Below are positions 1 to 10,170 of a stretch of 64,000 nt of DNA, in pieces (within the stretch, counting starts at the first letter, position 1; each line of letters begins with the position of its first letter). The stretch spans positions 1 through 64,000 of the forward strand of contig CAWHEP010000014.1 in the NCBI GenBank assembly GCA_963828525.1, written 5' to 3'. The notes below the pieces were generated by a model. The model did not search any database, had not been told where the DNA came from, and saw only the letters and a list, made by a program, of their open reading frames with translations. The DNA comes from an uncultured Verrucomicrobiae bacterium. Its GTDB lineage: Bacteria > Verrucomicrobiota > Verrucomicrobiia > Chthoniobacterales > Chthoniobacteraceae. The position numbers were made by a program, and so were the translations under genes.

Positions 1-1604
1 TCTGCGCGAAGTTGCCTCCAAATCCCGGAATCGGGCTCTGCATGAGCGTTCGAAGGTAACCGAGAACTTGCTGATTGCGAGTCAGCGATGAATCGGTGGT
101 GGCGCTCGCCGGATCAGACCGAAATAGAGCCATTTGGTGCGGATCGTTGTTCGTCCCGCTCGCGTTGATGGTTGAGCAACGCAGAATCTCGTTATCAAAG
201 GTAGTCCTCTTAAGCTTGTTTCCGTCATCCCAGAGAGGCCACATTGCAACCCGGGGGAGGCCCGAAGAGATTAATCTCGGGCGCTTTGCTATGCGCGGTT
301 AGGAAGAATCGATACGTTTCGATATCCTGCTGTTCCAGAGTCGAGGCGGAGCTGGATGTTCCCAAGTTTTGCGCAGCGCGCGCCGGAGTGAACTGAAACT
401 CGTCGAGATCGGCGTAGAGGCGATCCTGGTCTGTGGTGAGGGGCAGAGTGCCGCTGACTTTCGCAGTTCCTCCCATGGAAGAGGTGGTTCCATTAGCTGC
501 CGTTGCGTTATCGGTCACCCGCGGGATGGCATTTGTTATCGATTGAACGATTTGGGAGCGCGTCATCCCGCTAAGCGTGTTCCCAAAGACCGCGGAAAGG
601 GAAGTGGTGGCCGGATGGCCGGGATAGCGTTGATACTCATGCTGTGCTGGCTGGAAAAGGCCTAATACTATATCTCCGAGGGATGCGCGGTCTGGCCGGA
701 GATCGCGCCGCCGGATGTATAGGAAAATGCATCCGAATTCGTAGTGTCTCCGGTCGCAGGACCTGCCCCTGGGTTGCCGGAATTCGAGATGGGTGAGTCC
801 ATGTATGTTCCTTCGGAAGCGGTATTGACATTTACCTTTGCAGACTCATCATCCGTCCAGAACGCGACTCGGCGACGATCGGATTGGTTGCGCTGGGAAA
901 TGAGCGCCGGTCAAGCTAAACGTAGCGCTGTTGGAGCCGCCGCTTGTGGGCGCGGTTAGGCTGCCGTCACGTAGCACATAAATCCATTCGACGGGCATCG
1001 CGAGAGTGCTTTTATCACTCGAGTACTTGCCTGCGCCCGTGCCGCTTGCGACGACTTGGTCTATCGCATTATTCGTGAAAGAGAATCCCTCCACGCCTAG
1101 ATCGACGGCGCGAGGATCCACGACAGGGAAGATTTTGTTGTTACCGCTGGTAATCGGAGCGTTTAGGTCTGCGTAAAGAGCGGGCATTGTGTCCCAGTTC
1201 TTTGGGATGTCCTGGCTGAAGGAGAAGCCCGTCGACGCGTTCAGGCCATATTACTGGAAGAATACAGTTTGTAGTAAGCAGACGCGCCGCCTGTTTGCCC
1301 GTAGGTGCGGATCATTCCCGGTTGGCAGGCCCACGCTGTAGCGGCATTTGGCTGCGGCTCCGTGGCATAAGTAATGGTGCCTTCCATGAGTTGGACGGCG
1401 GATTGGGCGAGTTGTGAAGCGCTGTTTTCAGAAGCACCAGCTCTCTCCCCGACACCCGACGAGCTGACATTCGAAAGAAAGGCGACGACGAGGATCGTGC
1501 AAAGAACAATGAAGCAAAGGCAGATGACAAGCGCCGTCCCGGAGGGCTTCCCGCGCGCAGCCAGCAGATGTGATATTCGTGGACTGGGGAGAAACAATCT
1601 TCAT
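1..1604 (-). CDS. Verru_Chthon cassette protein A-like large protein; split by frameshifts, runs off the left edge
   Basis: N-terminus GTALVICLCFIVLCTILVVAFLS, then WACQPGMIRTY, YKLYSS, MPVEWIYVLRDG, RLYADLDEFQF and FFLTAHSKAPEINLFG spread across ORFs 1241-1597, 849-1187 and 225-566; lies downstream of three pilin-like genes. Confidence 0.8.
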
Positions 1605-1610
1605 AGGCAG

Positions 1611-2726
1611 TTAGTTGCGGGTGAGGGGAACGGCGGCTGAAAAAATGCGGTATGTCAGATGGTTAGTTGTGAGAGCATTGGTCACCGCCAAAATATCCGC
1701 CTGTCGCTTTGTGTAAGAAGCATCGGTGAGGATGTTTGTTAAGCCCAAGGTGGCGCTCGGATTCGGTGGGTTCGTGCTGCCCGCCCCGCTTATAGTCTCG
1801 AAACGGGAGAAAGATTGTTCGTCCACGGCGATCATTGTGACGAAAACCTCGGGCGGAAGTTGGTTGTGTGAATCGGGGGTTGTGTTTGCCGAAACGGAAC
1901 TGTCATACAAGTAGTTCGGCGCAATATCCGTGGAAGTGCCGTCCGCGGCTCCCCCGGGTGGGTTTTGAGCGTTTTGCGGCGCAACCATGGGCAGAAAGGA
2001 GAGCAAGACCACGTTATCGGCAATGACATGCACAGGACGGGTGGTGGTGCCCACCGGGGTGACAAGTGGCTGAAACCAGTCCATCCCTGTGTAGCTCCAC
2101 GAAGCCGAAGCTGTCCCGGAGGTAAAAGCGTGAGCGCCCGAAGTATATTTGTAGATGCTCAGGCTGTCGGAAGGTTCGATGAGTTCCATCAGGCGGAAGC
2201 GGAAGCGATACGGGATGGTGGTCGTCGGGAGGAAGGGCGGGCGGGTATTGAGATATTGATCGCTTCCCCATTCCACGAAATAGCCGCAGGTATTAAGCAG
2301 TTGTACAAGAGAGGAGTAGGAACCAGAGGTAGCAGCACCCAGCGGGGCCTGGAAAAATACAGCTTGGGTGGGATGAACGTTATCTCCAGTTCCCATCAGA
2401 GGCTGCGTTCCGACATCCGCGTTACCAGCGAGAAACCGCAGTTCCGAGGCGCGCGCATATCCAGCGGATGAAAGATTTGTAGTGGTCACCTTGTTTGGAT
2501 CCACGTCGTCGTAAGCATTCAACGTTGCCTGGCCCAACCGGCGCGAGATGGTCTCGAACGCTGTGCGAGCCTGCTGGAACTGTTCGATCTGGTTGGAAGT
2601 CCGCGTAAGCACGATGCGAAGACCATTGAGGACCTGGGAAAGCATCCCCACCATGAGGATAAGGATCGCCGTGGAGACGAGCATCTCCACCAAAGTGAAA
2701 CCAGACTGTTTGAAACGGGCGCGCAT
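1611..2726 (-). CDS. Verru_Chthon cassette protein C-like (type IV pilin-like N-terminus)
   Basis: GFTLVEMLVSTAIL cleavage/methylation motif; YARASELRF, AVFFQAPLG, LLNTCGYFVEWG, HNQLPP. Confidence 0.85.
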   Translation of the reverse strand: MRARFKQSGFTLVEMLVSTAILILMVGMLSQVLNGLRIVLTRTSNQIEQFQQARTAFETISRRLGQATLNAYDDVDPNKVTTTNLSSAGYARASELRFLAGNADVGTQPLMGTGDNVHPTQAVFFQAPLGAATSGSYSSLVQLLNTCGYFVEWGSDQYLNTRPPFLPTTTIPYRFRFRLMELIEPSDSLSIYKYTSGAHAFTSGTASASWSYTGMDWFQPLVTPVGTTTRPVHVIADNVVLLSFLPMVAPQNAQNPPGGAADGTSTDIAPNYLYDSSVSANTTPDSHNQLPPEVFVTMIAVDEQSFSRFETISGAGSTNPPNPSATLGLTNILTDASYTKRQADILAVTNALTTNHLTYRIFSAAVPLTRN

Positions 2727-2728
2727 GA

Positions 2729-3304
2729 TCAGGAGTTCCGGGCTACCATGCTTTGGAAGTTGTAGATGAGAATGGGAACTTTGCCGTTATTGGCTGAGCC
2801 TGTCCATGCGGGATTAGTGCCCAGGGAGGTCCAGAGGGTGGAAGTGGCGGTGTCCAAGTCAGGCGTCAGATTCCCGGGGTTAAACGCCACTTGTATGGTG
2901 ACTGTGGCCAGATCGGGGTTTGGCAGCGGAGTTCCAGCCGGGACTTGCAAGAAGGGAGTTGAGATGAGGACCCGGACGTTGACCTGGTAAACAGAATTGG
3001 TGGCGGAAGGGAGTTCCGTGCCCTGCTCGTCGAAATATCGCACCAAGGTGGTTGAATTGGGCTGGGCTGGCAGGCGCCACGCGGGCTGTCCATTTGAGTT
3101 GGTGAGCGCCGCAAAGGTCGCGGTCTGGATCTGCGAAAAAATCTGGCGAGAGATTTGAGAAGCGACGCTGACGTTCTTCGTTTTGCGGAAGCTTTCGAGA
3201 CCGATGGGAACGACGCCAACAATCGCGACCACCGCAAACCCGGTGATGGCAATGGCAAGAGCGACTTCGATGAGACTAAAGGCGCGCCGAAATCGCAGCC
3301 GCAT
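2729..3304 (-). CDS. Verru_Chthon cassette protein B-like (pilin-like)
   Basis: Start reassigned to ATG 3304: MRLRFRRAFSLIEVALAIAITGFAVVAIVGVVPIGL...RYFDEQG. Confidence 0.85.
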   Translation of the reverse strand: MRLRFRRAFSLIEVALAIAITGFAVVAIVGVVPIGLESFRKTKNVSVASQISRQIFSQIQTATFAALTNSNGQPAWRLPAQPNSTTLVRYFDEQGTELPSATNSVYQVNVRVLISTPFLQVPAGTPLPNPDLATVTIQVAFNPGNLTPDLDTATSTLWTSLGTNPAWTGSANNGKVPILIYNFQSMVARNS

Positions 3305-3320
3305 TCCCGGCGGTGTTATC

Positions 3321-3983
3321 TCAGGGCTGGAAGTCGTGGATGTGTCCATAGGCAGGGTCGATCTGGATCGTGTAGAAGTTGGCGGGAGCCGCAGACAAGT
3401 TGTCGCCATCCGTCGCATTGTGCAGAGTAACGAACCACGGGGAGGTCTGGCTAAGGCTCGTGGAACCATCCGGCCTGAACTGGAAGGAACAGTACGAGTA
3501 GTTTTGCCCTCCATTCGAAGCCGCTCCCAGCAACACGCCAGTTGTGCTTCCCAGTTGGCTCGATCCGCTCAGAAGAGAGGAAAGAGTGGGAGAGCCGGAA
3601 CCCGAATCCATGATGATTCCCGACGGGACGTAGTAGGGTTTGTCCAGAGGAGTCGAAGAGCCAGACGCGACAACGAAGGACTGGATGCCCTGGAAGAAGG
3701 AAGCTGACTGGGCCATGCCAACGTTCTGGAAGGTATAGAAGCGAACCTCCACGGTACGATTGGCGGCGAGCGCCTGCTGGCGAGCCGCCTGCAACTGGCC
3801 TTCGATGAGACGTCCCCCTTGCGTTATATTCGCGCCGCGCAAGATGGCAACGACGCTCGGCGTGGCGAAAGCGGCGACGATGCCCATGATCGCAACGACA
3901 ACCAGCAGTTCGAGAAGAGTGAATCCTGAGCGGGAGACGGATGGGCGCGAACGGGGACGGAACGAGTGTTCTTGGGGAGACAC
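3321..3983 (-). CDS. Verru_Chthon cassette protein D-like (GspH/FimT-like pilin)
   Basis: GFTLLELLVVVAIMGI; ARQQALAANRTVEVRFY; FQFRPDGSTSL; ANFYTIQIDP. Confidence 0.85.
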   Translation of the reverse strand: MSPQEHSFRPRSRPSVSRSGFTLLELLVVVAIMGIVAAFATPSVVAILRGANITQGGRLIEGQLQAARQQALAANRTVEVRFYTFQNVGMAQSASFFQGIQSFVVASGSSTPLDKPYYVPSGIIMDSGSGSPTLSSLLSGSSQLGSTTGVLLGAASNGGQNYSYCSFQFRPDGSTSLSQTSPWFVTLHNATDGDNLSAAPANFYTIQIDPAYGHIHDFQP

Positions 3984-4110
3984 AACAACAGGATAGAATA
4001 TTACATTGTAAATACAAATAGAAAATTCCAGAAGGGCGCTTTTTACGAAATTCCAGGTGTCCTGGACCTTGTGAAATAGTTTTCAAGCCGCCGTCGCGGG
4101 CTCGGCAACT

Positions 4111-6234
4111 TCAGGTCGACAGACGCGAAACCTGTTCGCGCAACGTGTTCAGACTGTTGGTCATGCGGTCGGTCTCCACGGCAATGGATCCTTCTCTCGA
4201 AAGCGACTGAACGAGCCTGTGGTGGCTCTCCCGCAGATCGGGAAACGAGGCGGATTCAGGCTCGCCCCGGAGCGAGGCGGCGAGCATGCGCAAGGCTTCC
4301 TCCACATCCCGCGCGAAAGCGTGAAGATCGCCATGGACATGGATGGGAGTGTTTTGCTGGAGCGCGGATTCCAGGGAAATGGCGGAGTACGCGAAGGCGT
4401 GTGAACTGGCGAGCATGGCTGAGAAAGCCGCCACGTAAGCAGGACTGGAGCCGGGCTCCGCGCGGAGGCGATCCACCGAAGCCTGGAGGTTCGTTCGGGC
4501 AAGCCGCGCGGCGATTCGGAAGCGGTTGAGGTCAGACATGGACGGCCTGTCAATTGCCGCAAGCGCGTGGAAGTAGTGGCGGTCCGCGTCCAGCATGCGC
4601 GCCAGCGCTTCCGCGACCTGCTCGCGTTCCCACGTTGGCCACAGCCAATAAGCCAGCAGCGCGAGGAGGCCGCCCAAGGCGGTATTGGAGGCGCGGGCAA
4701 ACACCACACCGCCGGGCGCGACGCCGGTAAGCGAAACGAGGAAGACCACCAAGGCGGAAAGCATCATCACAAAAACGCCGTAGTTGGCGGCACCAAGCCA
4801 GCGCATGCAATACATCGCGGCAGTTACAAGGATGATCTCCAGAGAAGCAGTTCGCGGGAGAAGATGGAACAGGAGAGTGGCAAGCAGAAGACCCGCAAAA
4901 GTGCCGAGCAACCTGAGAACGCCCCTACTGAAAGTCGTGGAAAAATCGGGCTTCAACACCACCGCGATCGTCAGAGGTATCCAGTAAGAGCGATCTGAAA
5001 CAAGCGCCCTGCCCAGCGCGTCACCCAATGCGATGCACGTCGCGAGCCGGATGGCATGACGGCAGCCGGTGGAATGAAACGAGAGATTTGCGCGAAGGAT
5101 GGCAGCGGCGCCCGCAAATCGCAGTTTGGGTGGCTTTGAAGCTTCTTCACGCGCGAAAGACAACAGTCCCTCGGATGTCGAGTTGCGCGTCAGCGCGAGG
5201 ATTACCCTGAGTTGGCGGGCGAGGCCCGCGGTTTGCCGGCGGGTGTCGCTGGCAAGCGGGGCGGAGCCGCCTGTCTGCGCGCGGATGGCACATTCCGCCT
5301 GTTCGAGTTCGCTTAGAAATTCTCTCTCATCCTGATGGCCCTCGCCACTCCTGAGTATTGCGCTGATGTAATCGAGAAGCTTCGCCGAGACTTTAAGCAG
5401 GTGGTCTAGTTCATCCGTCAAAGGTTCGCCGGGGTTTAGCCGTGTCCTCAACCCATTAATGGCGAACAGCGAGAGGCGGCAGCGCTCGGCCTGGGCGAGG
5501 AGGAGCAGGAACCGCTCGCTCTCCACGGAATGATCGCCCACAAGAGAAGCGAGCGCCTCCTGCGCCCTTAACGCATGCGCGCTTGCAGGCGGCGAGCCAT
5601 CCGGGCGGATTGCGCGCGCCGGGATGCGAGAAAGTTCTTGGAAGAACTCGCTGAGGACTTTCCTTTCGGGCTGGTAGCGGCGGAGCGGCCATGGCGACAG
5701 CGCGAGCGCGGTCTGCAACATGCCGCCGCCGAATGCCAAAAGGGCGGAGAGCGTGGCATCCCGAAACCCAAGCGGATGCCCGGCAAAGACAACCAGCGTA
5801 GCCAGGCTGCTGGCTCCGATGTTGCCTGCTGACACGCCGAGGATGACCAGCATGCCCGCGGGGAAGGCCCACAGCCCGGCTACGCAAACCGCGCTTACCG
5901 GCGAGCCCCCGGAAGCAGTTCCGAGGAAGATCGCCATCGCGACCAGTCCGCTGCTCCAGAGCATTCGCTTGCCGCGCTGGAGGTAGGGTTCATCGCCATC
6001 CGAGAAGCACACATTCAAAGCGCCGGAACTGACGACCAGCGCCGGCAGCATTTGTCCGCAAGCTGCTCCGATCACGAGCGGCAGCGCCACGCCAATCGCG
6101 TTGCGCAAGGCGAGCCACGGGGTGAGCTTTCCGCGGTCGAAAAGTGTCAGCGCGCGCCAGAAAGCCCGCCACGAGCCGGGAGCGACAGGGCGCTCGGACG
6201 GCATGCGGGCAGACTGTGGCATCGGGATGACCAT
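4111..6234 (-). CDS. FUSC family (YccS/YhfK-like) inner membrane protein
   Basis: Two hydrophobic blocks; RHAIRLA...YWIPLTIAVVLKPDF...RGVLRLLGT...WLWPTWE. Confidence 0.85.
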   Translation of the reverse strand: MVIPMPQSARMPSERPVAPGSWRAFWRALTLFDRGKLTPWLALRNAIGVALPLVIGAACGQMLPALVVSSGALNVCFSDGDEPYLQRGKRMLWSSGLVAMAIFLGTASGGSPVSAVCVAGLWAFPAGMLVILGVSAGNIGASSLATLVVFAGHPLGFRDATLSALLAFGGGMLQTALALSPWPLRRYQPERKVLSEFFQELSRIPARAIRPDGSPPASAHALRAQEALASLVGDHSVESERFLLLLAQAERCRLSLFAINGLRTRLNPGEPLTDELDHLLKVSAKLLDYISAILRSGEGHQDEREFLSELEQAECAIRAQTGGSAPLASDTRRQTAGLARQLRVILALTRNSTSEGLLSFAREEASKPPKLRFAGAAAILRANLSFHSTGCRHAIRLATCIALGDALGRALVSDRSYWIPLTIAVVLKPDFSTTFSRGVLRLLGTFAGLLLATLLFHLLPRTASLEIILVTAAMYCMRWLGAANYGVFVMMLSALVVFLVSLTGVAPGGVVFARASNTALGGLLALLAYWLWPTWEREQVAEALARMLDADRHYFHALAAIDRPSMSDLNRFRIAARLARTNLQASVDRLRAEPGSSPAYVAAFSAMLASSHAFAYSAISLESALQQNTPIHVHGDLHAFARDVEEALRMLAASLRGEPESASFPDLRESHHRLVQSLSREGSIAVETDRMTNSLNTLREQVSRLST

Positions 6235-6340
6235 CCTGATTTAGCGCGAAATTGCACGAAGGAAGAGGTAAACAGCGGGCGAAGATGAAAAAGGATCGAA
6301 GCAGGCGCGGACGGAACCTGGCGCGCTTGTAATCCGAAAC

Positions 6341-6379
6341 ATCTTGAAATCTTGCAATGTTGTTGCATGATTTCATGAT
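6341..6379. promoter_or_regulatory. 17-bp imperfect inverted repeat (candidate operator) at the start of the AAA+ ATPase gene
   Basis: atcttgaaatcttgcaa-tgttg-ttgcatgatttcatgat; arms pair at 15/17 positions. Confidence 0.55.
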
Positions 6380-7521
6380 TGATCATCCCTCGCTCTCTAT
6401 ATGCCAGCCGACTGGAAAAGGCTCTTTCCAGAAATCCGGTCACTGCGTTGATCGGCCCCCGGCAGTGCGGAAAGACCACGCTGGCGAAGCAGACCGTCCC
6501 GCGCGATCACAGGAACTTCTTTGATCTGGAGGAACCCGCAGTCGGCGCATTGATGGAGAACCCGATGGCAGCGCTTAAGCCACTGCGGGGTTTGATTGTG
6601 ATTGATGAAGCGCAACGGGCGCCCGGCTTGTTTCCAGTGCTGAGAGTGCTGGCGGATCGGCCCGGCAAACCGGCAAGATTCCTTATCGTTGGGAGCGCGT
6701 CACCGGAGTTATCGCGGCAAAGCTCGGAATCGCTGGCCGGACGAGTGGAGATCATCGAGATGCAGGGGTTTGGAAGCGGAGAGGTGAAAAGCTCTCAGAC
6801 CGACGCGCTTTGGCAGCGCGGCGGTTTTCCGCGATCTTTTCTTGCCGCCAGCGACGCTGACAGTTTCGACTGGCGCAGGAATTTCATTCGCACGTTCCTC
6901 GAGCGGGATTTGGCGATGCTTGGATTTGCCATGTCTCCCGCGGTGATGGGGCGGTTTTGGACTATGCTGGCGCATTATCACGCGCAGGTTTGGAACGGAA
7001 GCGAGATCGCCGCGTCAATGGGAATCGCGCCCAACACCGCAAGGTCTTACGTGGATGCGCTGGAGCAAACATTCATGATTCGACGCCTGCTTCCATGGAA
7101 GAGCAACGCCGGTAAACGCCTGGTCAAAACTCCCAAGATTTACTTCCGCGACTCGGGCATCTTCCACGCGCTCAGCGGGGTGCGTTCGCCTGCGGATCTG
7201 CATACGCACCCAAAGCTTGGCGCGTCGTGGGAAGGATTCGCTATTGAGGAAATTTTACGCGCTCACACGCCAGACGAAGCTTATTTTTACGCTGTGCATA
7301 GCAGTTGTGAACTTGACCTCGTCATGCTGGCGCGGGGTCGCAGGATCGGCGTGGAGATCAAGCGAGCCGACGCGCCGAGGCTGACTCGATCCATGGAGAC
7401 GGCGATGACAGACCTTGGATTGGATGAACTATGGGTGGCGTATCCGGGGACGCGAAGTTACGCCCTTGGAGAAAGAATAACAGTCCGACCGCTGGGAGAG
7501 TGTATGAAGCCGGGGTCATGA
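6379..7521 (+). CDS. AAA+ ATPase with C-terminal DUF4143/PD-(D/E)xK-like domain (COG1373 type)
   Basis: GPRQCGKT Walker A, IVIDEAQ Walker B, ESLAGR, RGGFP, KRLVKTPKIYFRDSG, ELDLV...GVEIK. Confidence 0.9.
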   Translation: MIIPRSLYASRLEKALSRNPVTALIGPRQCGKTTLAKQTVPRDHRNFFDLEEPAVGALMENPMAALKPLRGLIVIDEAQRAPGLFPVLRVLADRPGKPARFLIVGSASPELSRQSSESLAGRVEIIEMQGFGSGEVKSSQTDALWQRGGFPRSFLAASDADSFDWRRNFIRTFLERDLAMLGFAMSPAVMGRFWTMLAHYHAQVWNGSEIAASMGIAPNTARSYVDALEQTFMIRRLLPWKSNAGKRLVKTPKIYFRDSGIFHALSGVRSPADLHTHPKLGASWEGFAIEEILRAHTPDEAYFYAVHSSCELDLVMLARGRRIGVEIKRADAPRLTRSMETAMTDLGLDELWVAYPGTRSYALGERITVRPLGECMKPGS

Positions 7522-7737
7522 CGCCAGAGGGCATGTAGCTGGAGCGTGGCGGAGGTTTGACTTGTGAGGAACGGGCGGGCGCCGGAGACAAGACCGCGCC
7601 CATCACAAAGGGTATTTCGGCGTTTTCCTGAAGTCTGCGCAGGTTATTGTCGAGCAGGAATCCCTGTCGTTAACCCACGGGCGGATTACAATTGGAATAC
7701 GGGCCAAAATCCCGTACACACGACTCCCACCCGCCGC

Positions 7738-9030
7738 ATGTCGTTTTCGCTTCTCCATCCTCGCGACCAGATTGTTGTGACCATGGAGCGCATCTATGGG
7801 CGGCAGATGACGACCACCTCCGGGGGGAATATCTCCGTGAGAGATGAGGACGGGAACATCTGGATCACTCCGGCCCGTGTGGATAAAGGAAGTCTCCGCC
7901 GGGAGGATGTTGTGCGTGTCGGCGCGGACGGTGAGGTGGAGGGATTGCATCCGGCTTCTTCCGAATACCCGTTCCACCGGGGCATCTACGATTCGCGTGA
8001 GGATGTTCGGGCGATCATCCACGCTCATCCGGGCGGGTTGGTGAGTTTTAGCATCTGTGGACTGCGACCAAATACCCGCGTGTTTCCGGAGGCGTGGAAC
8101 GTGTGCGGGAATGTTGGGTTCGCGCCTTACGCGCTCCCTGGCAGCAAGCATTTGGGAGACAAGATCTCCGCGGAGTTCGCGAGCGCCGCGCGGCCTTCCT
8201 GCGTCATCATGGAGAACCATGGAGTGGTGGTGGCGGGCAATTCGCTTTCCACGGCGTTCCAACGGTTTGAGACGCTGGAGTTCACGGCGCAGACGATCAT
8301 CAACGCGCGGTTGCTCGGCGAGGTGAGTTACCTTTCCGACCAGCAGGTGCAGCTTTCACGCATGGCGCGCAATATGTTGCCAGAGTGCGACGCGACGCCG
8401 CCATCGAGCCGCGAGAAAGAGTTGCGGAAGGAAATATGCGATTTCATTCACCGAGCATACCGGCATCAACTGGTCACGAGCACCGAAGGAAGTTTTTCGG
8501 CGCGAATCGACGAGCGCTCGTTTGTGATCACGCCCACGCTGATGGATCGGCAATCGTTAGGCCTGGGTGATCTGGTCGTGGTGCGCGATGGACAGCGGGC
8601 GAGGGGGCAGCTTCCAAGCCGGGCCGTGCGCTTGCATGGCGCGCTGTATCAGATGCATCCCGGAATCCACGCGGTCTTCAACGCTCTCCCGGCGCATGCC
8701 GCCGCCTTCTGCGTGAGCGAGTTTCCACTGGACACCCGCACGATCCCCGAGAGCTACCTGTTCCTGAAGGATACGCATGTTCTTGGTTTTGAGGATCAGT
8801 TTGGCGCGGGCGAGGAGCTGGCCGCGCTGGTGAGTCCCGCCTCGCCGATCGCTTTGCTGAGGCACAATGGCGCGCTCGTTGCTGGACGAACGGTGCTGGA
8901 CGCTTTTGACCGCATGGAAGTGCTGGAATCGACCGCCGCAGCCATCATTAGAGGGCGCGCTCTGGGGGCGATCCGCCCCATGTCAGATGAAGTGATACAG
9001 GAGTTGGTGGAGGCTTTTCCCGGGTTGTGA
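7738..9030 (+). CDS. Class II aldolase/adducin family protein with two tandem domains
   Basis: TTSGGNIS, SSEYPFH, IIHAHP, MENHG in domain 1; TSTEGSFS...LRHNG in domain 2; start set to ATG 7738. Confidence 0.85.
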   Translation: MSFSLLHPRDQIVVTMERIYGRQMTTTSGGNISVRDEDGNIWITPARVDKGSLRREDVVRVGADGEVEGLHPASSEYPFHRGIYDSREDVRAIIHAHPGGLVSFSICGLRPNTRVFPEAWNVCGNVGFAPYALPGSKHLGDKISAEFASAARPSCVIMENHGVVVAGNSLSTAFQRFETLEFTAQTIINARLLGEVSYLSDQQVQLSRMARNMLPECDATPPSSREKELRKEICDFIHRAYRHQLVTSTEGSFSARIDERSFVITPTLMDRQSLGLGDLVVVRDGQRARGQLPSRAVRLHGALYQMHPGIHAVFNALPAHAAAFCVSEFPLDTRTIPESYLFLKDTHVLGFEDQFGAGEELAALVSPASPIALLRHNGALVAGRTVLDAFDRMEVLESTAAAIIRGRALGAIRPMSDEVIQELVEAFPGL

Positions 9031-9171
9031 GAAAAACTTAACTGAGAGAATGGAGCCAGGAAATCACCTGTGGAATTCGAGACATTCCTCTCCTAAAACG
9101 CTGGCCATTCGCCTCGATCCGCGCTAAGTCTCGCGGCGGATTATCGCGGTAATCAGAACCCCTCCGAAAGT

Positions 9172-10170
9172 ATGAAACATGTCCTCGTCACAGGCGGCGC
9201 CGGTTACAAAGGCTGCATCCTTGTTCCAAAGCTGCTCGCCGCCGGATATGCCGTGACGGTTTATGATTTGATGCTGTTCGGCTCGGAGGGGCTCCCGTCC
9301 CACCCGAACCTCACCGTGGTGCTGGGGGATATCCGGGACACGTCGCTTCTCGCGAATTCTCTGAAGGGGGTTCATTCCGTTATTCACATGGCGTGTATTT
9401 CGAATGACCCGAGCTTTGATCTCGATCCGGCACTCAGCCGGACAATTAACTTCGAATGTTTCGAGCCGATGGTGAAGGCCAGCAAAGAAGCGGGAGCGCG
9501 GAGGTTCATCTATGCTTCGACCAGTTCGGTCTATGGCGTGAGCGAAGCTCCAGATGTGACGGAAGATCATCCATTCGTACCGCTGACCGATTACAATAAA
9601 TACAAGGGTCTTTGCGAGCCACTGCTGCTCCGCTACCAGTCACCCGATTTCACCACCGTCATCATCCGCCCCGCGACGGTGTGCGGGTATTCTCCCCGGA
9701 TGAGATTTGATCTCACGGTGAACATCCTTACGAGCCACGCGGTGAACAAAGGAGTCATCACGGTGTTCGGTGGCGCCCAGAAGAGGCCAAACGTGCATAT
9801 CGAAGACATCACGGATCTTTACGTACAACTGCTTGAGACTCCCGCGGAAAAGATCGCCGGCGAGGCTTTCAATGCCGGGTATGAGAACCATACGGTCTCG
9901 CAACTTGCGGAGTTCGTGCGGAAGATCGTGGAGGAGGAATTTCCGGATAGAGCTCCTATTCAAATCCAGACGACTCCCTCCAATGACAACCGGTCGTATC
10001 ACGTGTCGTCCCGAAAAATCGCGGAAAAAATCGGCTGGAAGCCGAAACGCACTATCGAGGACGCTGTGCGGGACCTGTGCAAGGCCTTCAAGGAAGGCAA
10101 ATTCCCGGATAGCATGACGAACGATAACTACGTGAACGTCCGAGCGGTCAAGAGTCTGAACCTGCAATGA
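9172..10170 (+). CDS. NAD-dependent epimerase/dehydratase (extended SDR)
   Basis: TGGAGYKG, ASTSSVYG, YNKYK catalytic motif. Confidence 0.9.
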   Translation: MKHVLVTGGAGYKGCILVPKLLAAGYAVTVYDLMLFGSEGLPSHPNLTVVLGDIRDTSLLANSLKGVHSVIHMACISNDPSFDLDPALSRTINFECFEPMVKASKEAGARRFIYASTSSVYGVSEAPDVTEDHPFVPLTDYNKYKGLCEPLLLRYQSPDFTTVIIRPATVCGYSPRMRFDLTVNILTSHAVNKGVITVFGGAQKRPNVHIEDITDLYVQLLETPAEKIAGEAFNAGYENHTVSQLAEFVRKIVEEEFPDRAPIQIQTTPSNDNRSYHVSSRKIAEKIGWKPKRTIEDAVRDLCKAFKEGKFPDSMTNDNYVNVRAVKSLNLQ

